A DNA stretch of 26,229 nucleotides, taken from contig JAZRCO010000077.1 of NCBI GenBank assembly GCA_045659855.1, positions 1 through 26,229 on the forward strand, given 5' to 3'. A program made the translations under genes and the position numbers. Within the stretch, counting starts at the first letter, position 1. Each line of letters starts with the position of its first letter. Origin of the DNA: Eubacteriales bacterium (GTDB lineage Bacteria > Bacillota > Clostridia > Oscillospirales > CAG-272). Below, piece by piece: positions 1 through 9,418 of this stretch. Below the pieces are notes generated by a model. The model saw nothing but the letters and a program-made list of their open reading frames with translations. It was not told the origin of the DNA and ran no database searches.

Positions 1-103
1 GGCGCCACTACTCGTGGAGAGCCACTTTTAAAAAAGTGGACAAAACAACCTATTGGTTAGTGCGAACAAGGTGCTCGACAAATCAAAATTTGAAATCATT
101 ATT

Positions 104-1252
104 TCAAATAATAATCGGCGATTTTTTCACACAAAATTCGCTTCTTTTTTTATGCTTAAAGCACATTGAATAGAGTGCATCGGCTTTTTTGTCAATTTCA
201 AACTGACGGCACTCTTCGGCATCGGCAGGCTTTGTTACTATCTTTATATCTCTTTCGTCTTTTCTGATTGATGAGAGGTATGCTCTACCCTTTTCATTTG
301 CACCGAGCAGGGTTGTGTAAGTTGGCGCATTGTCAAGATCACTTTGCTTAATACCGAACAAAATATAGAGGATCGCGCGTCTGATTGCCGCGGACGTATA
401 TTTTTTTGTTTGAATATTCTCAATAAGATATTTAAGACTTGGGCTGTTATGAGAAAGAGAAATTATTCTATTAACAAGTCCCTTGTCGCTTATTGCAACA
501 TCAAGCTTTTCGGCATCTGAAAGGCGCAAGGCAAGCAAAACGCCACCGTCTATATTATATATATCTGCAAGCTCGTTTGATTTCAAAATATCAAGAGTGG
601 AGCTTGGAACAAACTTTTCAATTTCTTCAAACCTGCCGCCAAAGATTGACTCTCTTATCGCACTCGCGCTCGGCAAATCACCTTCAACAAGCTCGACATC
701 GCGATAAGCATTACCCTCTCTCTTTATCGGGCATATCTTCATTAAATATTTGTTTTTGATAATTGCTTTTGCATATTCAATAGCCAAAATATCGTTGGAT
801 TTGATTCCGTCAACACCCGATTTTTCCGCAAGCAAATCAAAGTATGCACTCGCGCTTCCCTCTCTTTTAGAAAGTCTAGCGCACTCCTCTTTGAACTCGT
901 CGGATGCCGCAATCTCGGCTATTTTCATTATTTTATTCGCATCCGCACTTTCCGAGCCGAATGAGATTTTGCTGACTCCAAGCTCACTGAGAATATATAC
1001 TCCAGCGGAAGCAAAATATTCGGCACTCGCCATGCAATACGGAACGGGAAGCTCAAAAACAAGGTCGGCTCCTGCCTCTATCGCCATTTGCGCGCGCGCA
1101 TATTTGTCGGCTATAGCAATTTCTCCGCGCTGAGTGAAATTGCCACTCATAACGCATATTATCGGCTCATCACTCGCCTTTTTGATTTCATTTATTTGGT
1201 GCAAATGTCCGTTGTGAAACGGATTATATTCGCAAACTATTCCAAAAGCCAT
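104..1252 (-). CDS. tmcAL: tRNA(Met) cytidine acetate ligase (HIGH-family nucleotidyltransferase)
   Basis: N-terminal GIVCEYNPFHNGH, MSGNFTQRGE, SNDILAIEY, SASAIR and GANEKGRAYL motifs typical of TmcAL/YlbM; purine-rich RBS upstream. Confidence 0.88.
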   Translation of the reverse strand: MAFGIVCEYNPFHNGHLHQINEIKKASDEPIICVMSGNFTQRGEIAIADKYARAQMAIEAGADLVFELPVPYCMASAEYFASAGVYILSELGVSKISFGSESADANKIMKIAEIAASDEFKEECARLSKREGSASAYFDLLAEKSGVDGIKSNDILAIEYAKAIIKNKYLMKICPIKREGNAYRDVELVEGDLPSASAIRESIFGGRFEEIEKFVPSSTLDILKSNELADIYNIDGGVLLALRLSDAEKLDVAISDKGLVNRIISLSHNSPSLKYLIENIQTKKYTSAAIRRAILYILFGIKQSDLDNAPTYTTLLGANEKGRAYLSSIRKDERDIKIVTKPADAEECRQFEIDKKADALYSMCFKHKKRSEFCVKKSPIII

Positions 1253-1282
1253 TTTTATTTTCCCCTTAATTTGAAAAATCTA

Positions 1283-1311
1283 TTGAAATTGTAAAATATT
1301 TGGTGTATAAT
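1283..1311 (+). promoter_or_regulatory. sigmaA-type promoter of ackA
   Basis: TTGAAA (1283-1288), 17 bp spacer, TATAAT (1306-1311); GGAGG RBS before ATG 1348. Confidence 0.7.
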
Positions 1312-1347
1312 ATATTTGTTATTAAAAAATTTGGAGGTTCATTTAAT

Positions 1348-2559
1348 ATGAATGTACTCGTTGTAAACGCGGGCTCAAGCTCGCTCAAATATCAGCTTTT
1401 TGACACTTCTAACGGCAACGTTATCGCAAAGGGTCTTTGCGAAAGAATCGGTATCGACGGCAAGCTCACCCACAAACAGCTTGTAAAGGGTGTTACCTAC
1501 TCCGCTGACATCGCTATGCCCAACCACACAACAGCTATGAAGGCAGTTGTTGATGCTCTCCTTCATGCAGATCACGGTTGCATCACCAGCATGGACGAAA
1601 TCGAAGCAGTTGGACACAGAGCCGTTCACGGCGGTCAGTATTTCTCTTCATCAGTTATCCTTACTGACGAGGTTTATGAAATCCTTGACAAGAAGTGCCG
1701 CGATCTCGCTCCCCTTCACACTCCTGCATCTCTTCAGGGCATTCAGGCGTGCGTTGATATACTCCCCGGCACTCCCCAGGTGCTCGTATTTGACACAGCG
1801 TTCCATCAGACAATGCCCGAGGAAGCATATATGTACGGTGTTTCCTATGATCTTTACGAGGATTACGGCATTCGTCGTTACGGTATGCACGGAACATCCC
1901 ACCGCTTTGTTGCAGGCGAGATGATCAAGCTTCTCGGCGGTAATGCTGAGGGTACAAAGATCGTTACCTGCCACCTTGGAAACGGTTCTTCCATTTCCGC
2001 AGTTAAGGACGGCAAGTGCATCGATACAACAATGGGATTCACTCCCCTTGCAGGTACTATCATGGGTACTCGTTGCGGTGATATCGACCCCGCACTCGTT
2101 ACTTACATCATGGAAAAGAAGGGCTACTCCATTGACGAGGTTAACAACTACCTCAACAAGAAGTGTGGTTTCCTTGGTATTTCAGGCGTTTCCTCCGACT
2201 GTCGCGACCTTGAGGCAGCGGCTAAAGAAGGTAATCATAGAGCAGCTCTTGCAATGGATATCCTCATCTACCAAATCAAGAAGTACATCGGCGCATATGC
2301 GGCTGCAATGGGCGGTCTTGACGCAGTAGTATTCACAGCAGGTATCGGCGAAAACACACCCGAGATCAGAGAGGGTGCTCTTGAGGGTCTTTCCTTCCTC
2401 GGCATCGACTTTGATAAGTCAAGAAATGCAGGTGTAAGAGGATCTGCAGGCGTTACAAAGCTTTCATCTGACAGCTCCAAGGTTGCAGTTTATATGATCC
2501 CCACAAACGAGGAGCTCGTTATCGCACAGGATACCGAAGCACTTGTTAAAGCACTTTAA
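1348..2559 (+). CDS. ackA: acetate kinase
   Basis: MNVLVVNAGSSSLKYQL, GHRAVHGG, FDTAFHQT, RRYGMHGTSH, CHLGNGSS, FTAGIGEN, PTNEELVIA; start moved to ATG 1348 after GGAGG. Confidence 0.97.
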   Translation: MNVLVVNAGSSSLKYQLFDTSNGNVIAKGLCERIGIDGKLTHKQLVKGVTYSADIAMPNHTTAMKAVVDALLHADHGCITSMDEIEAVGHRAVHGGQYFSSSVILTDEVYEILDKKCRDLAPLHTPASLQGIQACVDILPGTPQVLVFDTAFHQTMPEEAYMYGVSYDLYEDYGIRRYGMHGTSHRFVAGEMIKLLGGNAEGTKIVTCHLGNGSSISAVKDGKCIDTTMGFTPLAGTIMGTRCGDIDPALVTYIMEKKGYSIDEVNNYLNKKCGFLGISGVSSDCRDLEAAAKEGNHRAALAMDILIYQIKKYIGAYAAAMGGLDAVVFTAGIGENTPEIREGALEGLSFLGIDFDKSRNAGVRGSAGVTKLSSDSSKVAVYMIPTNEELVIAQDTEALVKAL

Positions 2560-2573
2560 TATTTAATTTTCCT

Positions 2574-2606
2574 AAAGGTTGTCACCAAAAGTGGCAACCT
2601 TTTTTA
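2574..2606. terminator. likely bidirectional intrinsic terminator between ackA and the radical SAM gene
   Basis: AAAGGTTGTCAC-CAAAA-GTGGCAACCTTT followed by a T run. Confidence 0.8.
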
Positions 2607-4040
2607 TTTTTTAAACCTCGGTGGCTTTCTCACCTGCTTGCGAGAATAATCCTCGTGCATTAGACGGGAAAATTCCTCCTCCTTTTCGGGATAAGCCACA
2701 GCTATATACTGGTACAAAAGAGCATAAGCATCGTTTTGTGAAATCTTTCTAATGCTTCTACCATCACATTCAGCAATGAAATCGCGCAATCCAAGATAGA
2801 AATCAAACGGAGAATCAACACCACAAAGCGCATACTCAAGAGAGGACTCAAATCCACCGCCCTCGCGGTATCTATCCATAATGTCCGCAATTTCGGTAAG
2901 CAAGGTCATCTCCTCAAAGCTCATCCAATTTGATTTAAGCACCGTATAGGGTGCTTTTTTTGACGCAACGAATCCGTATTTCTCGGCATTGTCACGCATA
3001 GCGGTACCGTAAAGTAGCTTTAAAAAGCCGAGCTGGAGCATATCGCAAGCAAAGTATGCTTCGTTAAAGGATTTTCTAAAGCTATCCATATCCTCAAAGG
3101 GCAAACCGGCGATAAGGTCAAGGTGAACGTGGATATTGCCGAGCGCTTTAACTCTTTTCGATGCATCTATTATCTTATGGGCATCAAGATGGCGGGAAAT
3201 GACGTCAAGTGTTTCTATATTTGTGCTTTGAAGTCCGATTTCAAGCTGAATCTTTCCCTTGGGCATTTTCTCGAATATCTCAAAGCTCTCTTCATTTAAG
3301 AGATTGGCGCATATTTCAAAATGATAGTTTTTAGTAAACTCATCCGAAAGAAGCGCACTCCAAATTGCATTCGCTCTTTTTATATCAAAATTAAACGTTC
3401 TATCAACAAATTTTATTATTTTAATCTTGGAGTCGAGCTTTTCGAAGGCGCGCAGGTCATCGAGCGTTTGCTCAACCGTTTTGGCACGCACCCCGTCAGT
3501 AGCTGACGAAAGACAGTACGAGCAACGGTAGGGACATCCGCGCGAGGATTCGTAATAGAGCATTGTGCCGCTCTCAAAATCGCCCTCGCGATATAAGATG
3601 CCCTCATTCCCCATAACAGCGGGGCGACCGCCCTCAACGATCCTTTCCATCTCTTCACCGTTCTTTATAGCATTGCAAATTTTGACGATGGCATCCTCGC
3701 CCTCGCCTCGCACGATGTAGTCGATAAAGTCAAAGTCAAATCGCTCGCAGTCAAATGACACCTCGGGCCCGCCGAAAACGATCTTCGATTCGGGCTTGAG
3801 CGCCTTAAGATCCGCCGCAATATCAAGCATTGCCGCAACGTTCCAAATATAGCATGAAAAGCTATACACCTCGGCATTCTCAGAAACAAGGCGGGAAAGC
3901 ACCAAGGAATTCATATCTCTTAAATTGTACTCGCAAATAACGCTATCATATCCTTCCCTCTCAAGCGGTGCTCTCAAGCATCTAAGCGCTAAGCAGGTGT
4001 GGGAATACGACCCGTTAAGTCCAAACAATACTACCTTCAT
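2604..4040 (-). CDS. B12-binding-domain radical SAM protein (DUF4080-type C-terminus likely)
   Basis: CxxxCxxC motif SRGCPYRCSYC; GGPEVS cobalamin-binding segment, FVDRTFN, EIGLQS, HLDLIAGLP; ATG 4040 follows GGAG (ATG 4055 is an alternative). Confidence 0.85.
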   Translation of the reverse strand: MKVVLFGLNGSYSHTCLALRCLRAPLEREGYDSVICEYNLRDMNSLVLSRLVSENAEVYSFSCYIWNVAAMLDIAADLKALKPESKIVFGGPEVSFDCERFDFDFIDYIVRGEGEDAIVKICNAIKNGEEMERIVEGGRPAVMGNEGILYREGDFESGTMLYYESSRGCPYRCSYCLSSATDGVRAKTVEQTLDDLRAFEKLDSKIKIIKFVDRTFNFDIKRANAIWSALLSDEFTKNYHFEICANLLNEESFEIFEKMPKGKIQLEIGLQSTNIETLDVISRHLDAHKIIDASKRVKALGNIHVHLDLIAGLPFEDMDSFRKSFNEAYFACDMLQLGFLKLLYGTAMRDNAEKYGFVASKKAPYTVLKSNWMSFEEMTLLTEIADIMDRYREGGGFESSLEYALCGVDSPFDFYLGLRDFIAECDGRSIRKISQNDAYALLYQYIAVAYPEKEEEFSRLMHEDYSRKQVRKPPRFKK

Positions 4041-4106
4041 TTTATCTCCAAGCATTTTAGCATTTATACGTCTATTATATCATTTTTATTGATAAATTCA
4101 ATTATT

Positions 4107-5138
4107 TTATAGAATTTTGTTGCAAAAGTCCTCGGTAAATTTTTCTTTTGTCTCAAAATCCATTGCCGCACCGTAGATATCCTCCAATGCAAAATGATAA
4201 TCCTTGATTTTTGCAAATTCTGAGAGGGCAAGCTCAAGCACACTTTGGCGCACACGAAGTATGCTTCGGTACTCGTTTTTTACGCTAGACAAGGCACTTA
4301 AATCCACAAAGCGCTTCATATTAATTTTTCTTGCTCCACCGTGGCATTCGTCACTTATCTCAAAGCACAATCCGCTATCGCGAAGCAGTATCGCATCAAG
4401 GCGATCCTTGATTATCGGATTGTTTGAAATATACATATCCACTCTCTTCTCATCAAGTGCTCGGTAAATAAGGTCAAGAAGAATGTGTGCCACCTCAAAG
4501 CAGTCGTGCACCTCACAGTATATTGCGGAGCTTTCGAAATAGGTATCAAAGTGGGAAGTTCCCCTCATTCCGACGGAGCGAGCGAGTCGGTTTTCCACTT
4601 CCCCGCTACCTCGCTTTAGGTTTTGAGAATACCTTTTTACGTACCCCTCCATTTTGTCGAGCTTTACACAGGGTGCAACGAGCTTTTTCATATTATTGCT
4701 CAAAAGTCGGTATGCCCCAAGGTATCCGTAAGCACTATCAAAGCACCGCTTTTTAGCGAGCAAAAGCTCCTCGATTTGTCTTCGTTGCTTCCTTAAGGTG
4801 TCATTGCTCAAAAAGGCGCCAAGGTCAACGATGGCGTCGGCGGCTCCGAGCAAGCTCGGCTCATAGATATGCGGTGCGGTGCCGTCAAGAACGGCGATTT
4901 TAAGCTCATCTATTATAATTCCGTCAAGACTTTGGGCATCGGACGAGCAGTAGATATACCTAACCGAGTATCCCATTTCTTCGGCTCGCTCGGCTACCCG
5001 TCGCATAAAAAATGCCTTGCCCGTGCCCGAGCCACCCTTTATAGCATAGATCCTCGAAAATTTACGGATATCAAACGCATTGCCGTAATATGAGCAAAAG
5101 CCGTCGCTTGAATTAGATGCAACAAAATACTTTTCCAT
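4107..5138 (-). CDS. uncharacterised P-loop NTPase (PRK06851-like)
   Basis: IKGGSGTGKA Walker A-like motif, CSSDAQSLDG, LDGTAPH, C-terminal YGAAMDFE; GGAGG RBS. Confidence 0.7.
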   Translation of the reverse strand: MEKYFVASNSSDGFCSYYGNAFDIRKFSRIYAIKGGSGTGKAFFMRRVAERAEEMGYSVRYIYCSSDAQSLDGIIIDELKIAVLDGTAPHIYEPSLLGAADAIVDLGAFLSNDTLRKQRRQIEELLLAKKRCFDSAYGYLGAYRLLSNNMKKLVAPCVKLDKMEGYVKRYSQNLKRGSGEVENRLARSVGMRGTSHFDTYFESSAIYCEVHDCFEVAHILLDLIYRALDEKRVDMYISNNPIIKDRLDAILLRDSGLCFEISDECHGGARKINMKRFVDLSALSSVKNEYRSILRVRQSVLELALSEFAKIKDYHFALEDIYGAAMDFETKEKFTEDFCNKIL

Positions 5139-5176
5139 AGTAATTCCTCCATAGATTCGATTAATACAAATCTATG

Positions 5177-5209
5177 AAAAAAGCCGACGGTTCGTTAAAG
5201 AACCGTCGG
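5177..5209 (-). terminator. intrinsic terminator downstream of rqcH
   Basis: CCGACGGTTC/GAACCGTCGG 10-bp stem (5184-5209) followed by a T6 tract on the minus strand. Confidence 0.75.
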
Positions 5210-5215
5210 AATTTT

Positions 5216-6979
5216 TTAAATTTCTCTCAGCTTTGCCACCTTTTCGGCGCTGGGCGTTACGTATGCCGTCCAGTTGGTATGGTAGATAACAAGACCCGGA
5301 TTTGCGCCTTGAATCTTCTTGACGTTCTTAGCAAAGGTATAATCAACGGGAACGTTGACTCCGCCTTGAACGCTTGAATAAAATGCCGCGATCTCCGCCG
5401 CCTCGGTAAAGTTGACCGCATCGGGCTCTTCACCGTTGCAAAGCATTACAACGTGGCTACCCGCCTTGTTCTTAACGTGGAACCAATAATCGCTTTTGCT
5501 TGCGAGATTAAATGTGATATTCTCGTTTTGAATATTGTTTTTACCGCAAAGAACGGTGTACCCGTCACTCGTCTTGAATCGCATAAAAGCGGTCGCCTTC
5601 TTCTTTTGAGGACGGTAGTTCTTCATCTTGGAGGCATAGCCCGAGGTGTAAAGCTCATCCCTTATCTCAACGAGGTCGCTTGTGTTTTCGGCGTGGGCGA
5701 GTGCATCGAATACGGAATACACGTACTGAAGCTCCCTCTCCGCCTTTTCGATTTGCACGGCAAGCTCTCGCTCGGCAGTTTTGCACTTGTTGTATCTTTT
5801 GTACATTCTTTGCGCGTTTGCCGATGGTGAAAGACGGCTATCGAGCTCGATGACCACCTTGTCAAACTCACCGCTCTCCTCGTCGTAGGATTCGTAGTCA
5901 ATAAGCTCAACCCTCTTCATTCCTCGCTCGATGGCATAGATATTCGAGGTTATAAGGTCGCCCTGCTTTTTATATTTTTCGCCCTGCTTGCATTCATCAA
6001 GCTCGGCTTTTTGCTTGTCCATCTTTTTGAGCAAGCGGCTCTCGGAATTGGTGAGTATTTTCAAGATGTCAGTCGCCTTTTGCTTAACTCTGACCTCTCT
6101 ATCCCTGCCCTCGAAGAATGCATCTATCATTTTAGACGGACTTTCAAACTCCTTGACCTCAAGCCCCGTATAAAAGTTCAGTCTACAAAAAGCGTATTCA
6201 ACGGCACGCTCTCCCTCAAAAACGGTGCACGGCTCATACTCTCCGTTCTTAATATGACTCATTATATCGGTAAACGATGCATATAACTTATCGCACGGGC
6301 AGTTTCTCAAGGTTGCGTCAATATCGCCGCAGCTTCTAAATACCATTTCCCTCGCTACTGCACTTGAAATACCGAGGAAGCTGTTTATTATAAATTTATC
6401 CGCTCTTTGATTCGCCAAGGCATCGTCGTACATAGCAAAAAAGAGCTCTCTTGTGCACTCAAGGGGATCGTTTTTATCCTGCTTGGGAGGAAGCTCATAA
6501 AGCATTCCGGGTAGCACCTGACGAAGTGAGCTTGTTGTGAAATCGACCGTTTTTAGCGCCGACACGATGCGTTTATCGGAATCAAGAAAGATGAGATTGG
6601 AATATTTGCCCATAAGCTCCGCAACGAGGTAGCATTTGGTGTCAAATCCCATTTCATCGCGCGTGTCGAAGGAAAGCAAAACCGCACGCTCGAATCCAAG
6701 CTGCTCGATGTCCGCAAGGCGAGCGCCCTGCAGGTGCTTTCTAAGGAGCACGCAAAACATCGGAGGATTTTGCGGATTCTCCTTTGATATTTCGGTAAAT
6801 CCGATTCGGGGATTATTAGAGCCCGCATTTATAAGAAGACGTTTTCCGCCGTGAAGCGATCTGATTTGAATGTGTATCTCATCCCTATCGGGCTGATATA
6901 CCTTTTCGATTCTTGCGCCCTTGGATTCCTTCAGTATCTCCCAAGTCATGCATGAGAGCATCCCTGCATCAAAAGCCAT
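5216..6979 (-). CDS. rqcH: ribosome quality control factor RqcH (NFACT/FbpA family)
   Basis: MAFDAGML start, GARIEKVYQP, ELMGKYSNLIF, coiled-coil middle, SPSANAQRMYKRYNK, GKNNIQNE and WFHVKNKAGSHV NFACT-R motifs; GGAGGGG RBS before ATG 6979. Confidence 0.92.
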   Translation of the reverse strand: MAFDAGMLSCMTWEILKESKGARIEKVYQPDRDEIHIQIRSLHGGKRLLINAGSNNPRIGFTEISKENPQNPPMFCVLLRKHLQGARLADIEQLGFERAVLLSFDTRDEMGFDTKCYLVAELMGKYSNLIFLDSDKRIVSALKTVDFTTSSLRQVLPGMLYELPPKQDKNDPLECTRELFFAMYDDALANQRADKFIINSFLGISSAVAREMVFRSCGDIDATLRNCPCDKLYASFTDIMSHIKNGEYEPCTVFEGERAVEYAFCRLNFYTGLEVKEFESPSKMIDAFFEGRDREVRVKQKATDILKILTNSESRLLKKMDKQKAELDECKQGEKYKKQGDLITSNIYAIERGMKRVELIDYESYDEESGEFDKVVIELDSRLSPSANAQRMYKRYNKCKTAERELAVQIEKAERELQYVYSVFDALAHAENTSDLVEIRDELYTSGYASKMKNYRPQKKKATAFMRFKTSDGYTVLCGKNNIQNENITFNLASKSDYWFHVKNKAGSHVVMLCNGEEPDAVNFTEAAEIAAFYSSVQGGVNVPVDYTFAKNVKKIQGANPGLVIYHTNWTAYVTPSAEKVAKLREI

Positions 6980-7009
6980 TTTATCCCCTCCTTTTATCAA
7001 TTTCAATAT

Positions 7010-7038
7010 ATTGTATCACAAACCGCTGCAAAAATCAA
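7010..7038 (-). promoter_or_regulatory. sigmaA-type promoter of rqcH
   Basis: minus strand TTGATT, 17 bp, TGA-TACAAT (extended -10). Confidence 0.55.
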
Positions 7039-7039
7039 G

Positions 7040-7070
7040 AAAAAGCTCCATTTCTTGTGAGAAATGGAGC
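7040..7070 (-). terminator. intrinsic terminator of the SLH protein gene
   Basis: GCTCCATTTCT/AGAAATGGAGC 11-bp stem followed by a T5 tract on the minus strand. Confidence 0.75.
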
Positions 7071-7075
7071 AATTT

Positions 7076-8368
7076 TTATTGGATATGATCAAGCAAGGCA
7101 TAAAAGGTTTGTGCCGCTTGCGCTCTCGTCATATTTGCATCGGGTGCAAACTCGCCGTTTATGCCCACAAGTATGCCGAGATCGTTTAGAGCATACACCG
7201 CGTCGTGTGCCCAAGTGGGAATGGAATCCTTGTCGGCAAAGGTCGGCTTGACGGTGGGTAGCTTGCCGTTCACAACGTTATTGATTATGAGCGCCGCCTC
7301 GGCACGAGTTATATTTCTATTCGGATGGAAATAATAATTTCCCTGCTCATCGACCGCACCGCTAATGATACCCATTTGGCGAGCCGTATATACGTATCCC
7401 TTCATCGAGGCGGGAATCTCACCGTCATCGTCAAAGCCCGTATCCAAAACAACGTCGGTCTTGCTTACACCGATGGCGTGCATGAGCATAACGAGAAAAT
7501 CCATTCGGCTAACACTCTTGTCGGGCATAAAATAAGTCGCATCACCTATGGAGGTGCCGCTCATTATTCCCTTTTCGGTCATTGTGAGCGCCGCGTGGTG
7601 GGAGGGATGGTCATCCATATCGCAATATACCACGTCCGTCGTTCTTTTTTCAACGGTGAGGTTCACCTTCTTGGCCGAGGAATAGTTTCCGTATTTATCG
7701 ACCGCCACGTACATAAAGGAATCCTCTCCAAAATACGCCCCCGTTGGAGTGTAGGTATACTCACCCGTAGTCATATCAAGATCTATCGTGCCGTTCTTGG
7801 CATAGGAAACGATTTCGTATCTGACGTCGTCCCCGTCGGGATCGTAAGCGCCAACGCGTCCGTATATTCTCACGCTTTGGTGGGTGCTAACGTTAAAAAT
7901 GCGCTCATCCTCCATAGCAAGCGTGGGAGCCGAATTGGGACGCTCCAAAAAATATATACTACAGGTCATTAAGTATTCGCTGCCGTTCACCTTGAACTTG
8001 AACTGCGCCTCATTGACATCCCCATTGCCTGCACGGTAGTTGAGCAAATCAAGATTCTCCCTGGAGACAGTTTGCCCCTCGTTAACAAGCACGTCGCCAA
8101 TGCACAGGCATCCGTCACTAACGTTTGGCAGTGAGACGATGGTGATGGAACTTATCCTTGCAAGATTCAAGCTTCTTTCAAAATCGTCGGCGGAAAAAAC
8201 GATCTTTTCACTCGACATTACACTTTTCGCCATATCGCTTTGATTGGCTATGACGTTAAGTCCCTGTGAAACGTCTCCCGTAGATTCCCTTGTTTGCTCC
8301 TTAACAACGCCGATCGCCGTAAAGGTTACCGCCAAAACAAGCACTAAAAGCATTATTATTCTTTTCAT
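7076..8368 (-). CDS. secreted S-layer homology domain protein with Ig-like (Big_9/cadherin-like) domain
   Basis: N-terminal hydrophobic signal; YTYTPTGAYFGEDSFMY Ig-like signature; three SLH-like repeats (FMPDKSVSRMDF, FHPNRNITRAEAA, FAPDANMTRAQAA). Confidence 0.85.
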   Translation of the reverse strand: MKRIIMLLVLVLAVTFTAIGVVKEQTRESTGDVSQGLNVIANQSDMAKSVMSSEKIVFSADDFERSLNLARISSITIVSLPNVSDGCLCIGDVLVNEGQTVSRENLDLLNYRAGNGDVNEAQFKFKVNGSEYLMTCSIYFLERPNSAPTLAMEDERIFNVSTHQSVRIYGRVGAYDPDGDDVRYEIVSYAKNGTIDLDMTTGEYTYTPTGAYFGEDSFMYVAVDKYGNYSSAKKVNLTVEKRTTDVVYCDMDDHPSHHAALTMTEKGIMSGTSIGDATYFMPDKSVSRMDFLVMLMHAIGVSKTDVVLDTGFDDDGEIPASMKGYVYTARQMGIISGAVDEQGNYYFHPNRNITRAEAALIINNVVNGKLPTVKPTFADKDSIPTWAHDAVYALNDLGILVGINGEFAPDANMTRAQAAQTFYALLDHIQ

Positions 8369-8443
8369 AATTATCCTCTCTGATTTTTTGTCTTGTTAAA
8401 TTATATCTTTGCGGATCATTTTTTATGCAAGTAAAAAGAATTA

Positions 8444-8472
8444 TTGTAATTTTTGTGCTTTTGGTGTATAAT
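8444..8472 (+). promoter_or_regulatory. sigmaA-type promoter of the RluA-family/DUF3810 pair
   Basis: TTGTAA (8444-8449), 17 bp, TATAAT (8467-8472). Confidence 0.6.
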
Positions 8473-8509
8473 AATGCTATCAAAAAGCAATTTGGGAAAG
8501 GAGGTCATT

Positions 8510-9418
8510 ATGCGATTTGAAAATGAATTCGTCGGTCTTACAATCAAAGAGGTACTGATAGACAAGCTCGGCTTTTCAAAGCGCGCTATTGCCTCCCTCA
8601 AAAACCGTTCCGACGGCATACTTTTAAACGGCGAGCACGCCACCGTGAGAGCTAAGATCAAGGAAAACGACGTTTTGGTCATAAACATAGAGGATGCCGC
8701 AATCGGCAATGAAAAGCTAGTTCCCTCAGCGGTTTTGCCGAGCATCATCTACGAGGATGACGGCATCGTGGTGCTGAACAAGCCCCCGTTCATGCCAACT
8801 CATCAGTCGCAAGGACATTTCTACGATACGCTTGCCAATTCGCTCGCATTCTATTATCAAAGCCAAGGAAAGAGCTTTGTTTTTAGGTCCATAAACCGAC
8901 TCGACCGAAACACAAGTGGGATCGTTCTTGTGGCGAAGGATAGGTTATCCGCCGCAAAGCTATCCTCCCAAATGAAGAGCGACGGAATAAGAAAGACCTA
9001 TCTTGCTATCCTTTGCGGAGAGCTTCCCTTGACGGAGGGAACGGTGGAAACCTATATAAGAAGAAAAGAAAAAAGCATTATTTTAAGAGAGGTTTGCGAG
9101 AACCTTGAGGACGCAAAGCATGCCGTTACGAAATACAGGGTCTTGGCAACAAGCAACGGTCTATCCCTCGTTGAGGCAACTCCCGTAACGGGAAGGACAC
9201 ATCAGCTCAGAGTTCATTTTGCCCATCTCGGAGCGCAAATTCTTGGTGACGACCTTTACGGCAACGGCTCGAATATGATAAAAAGGCATGCCCTACACGC
9301 CTACAAGCTATCCTTTTGCAACCCAAGCTCCAATGAGAAAATGGAGCTTTGCGCCGCAGTTCCCGACGATATGAAGAAGATAATCATAGAAAATTTTGGA
9401 GAGGAGTGGGTTAGATAA
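8510..9418 (+). CDS. RluA-family pseudouridine synthase
   Basis: VLNKPP, catalytic RLDRNTSG, TGRTHQLRVH, ILGDDLYG, HALHA motifs; AAGGAGG RBS before ATG 8510. Confidence 0.93.
   Translation: MRFENEFVGLTIKEVLIDKLGFSKRAIASLKNRSDGILLNGEHATVRAKIKENDVLVINIEDAAIGNEKLVPSAVLPSIIYEDDGIVVLNKPPFMPTHQSQGHFYDTLANSLAFYYQSQGKSFVFRSINRLDRNTSGIVLVAKDRLSAAKLSSQMKSDGIRKTYLAILCGELPLTEGTVETYIRRKEKSIILREVCENLEDAKHAVTKYRVLATSNGLSLVEATPVTGRTHQLRVHFAHLGAQILGDDLYGNGSNMIKRHALHAYKLSFCNPSSNEKMELCAAVPDDMKKIIIENFGEEWVR

Noticed and set aside
1300-1347. Upstream non-ATG or longer starts from the ORF track (1300, 7006, 8453, 10654, 15332, 15372, 22352)
   Set aside because: Downstream ATGs have clear RBSs and match family N-termini; several extensions overlap promoter elements
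7325-7972. 215-aa plus-strand ORF
   Set aside because: Antisense to the SLH protein gene, no recognisable domain
1306-8472. Shared TGGTGTATAAT in the ackA and RluA-family promoters as a regulon motif
   Set aside because: It is mostly the -10 consensus plus a TG-rich spacer, so it is insufficient evidence for a specific regulator
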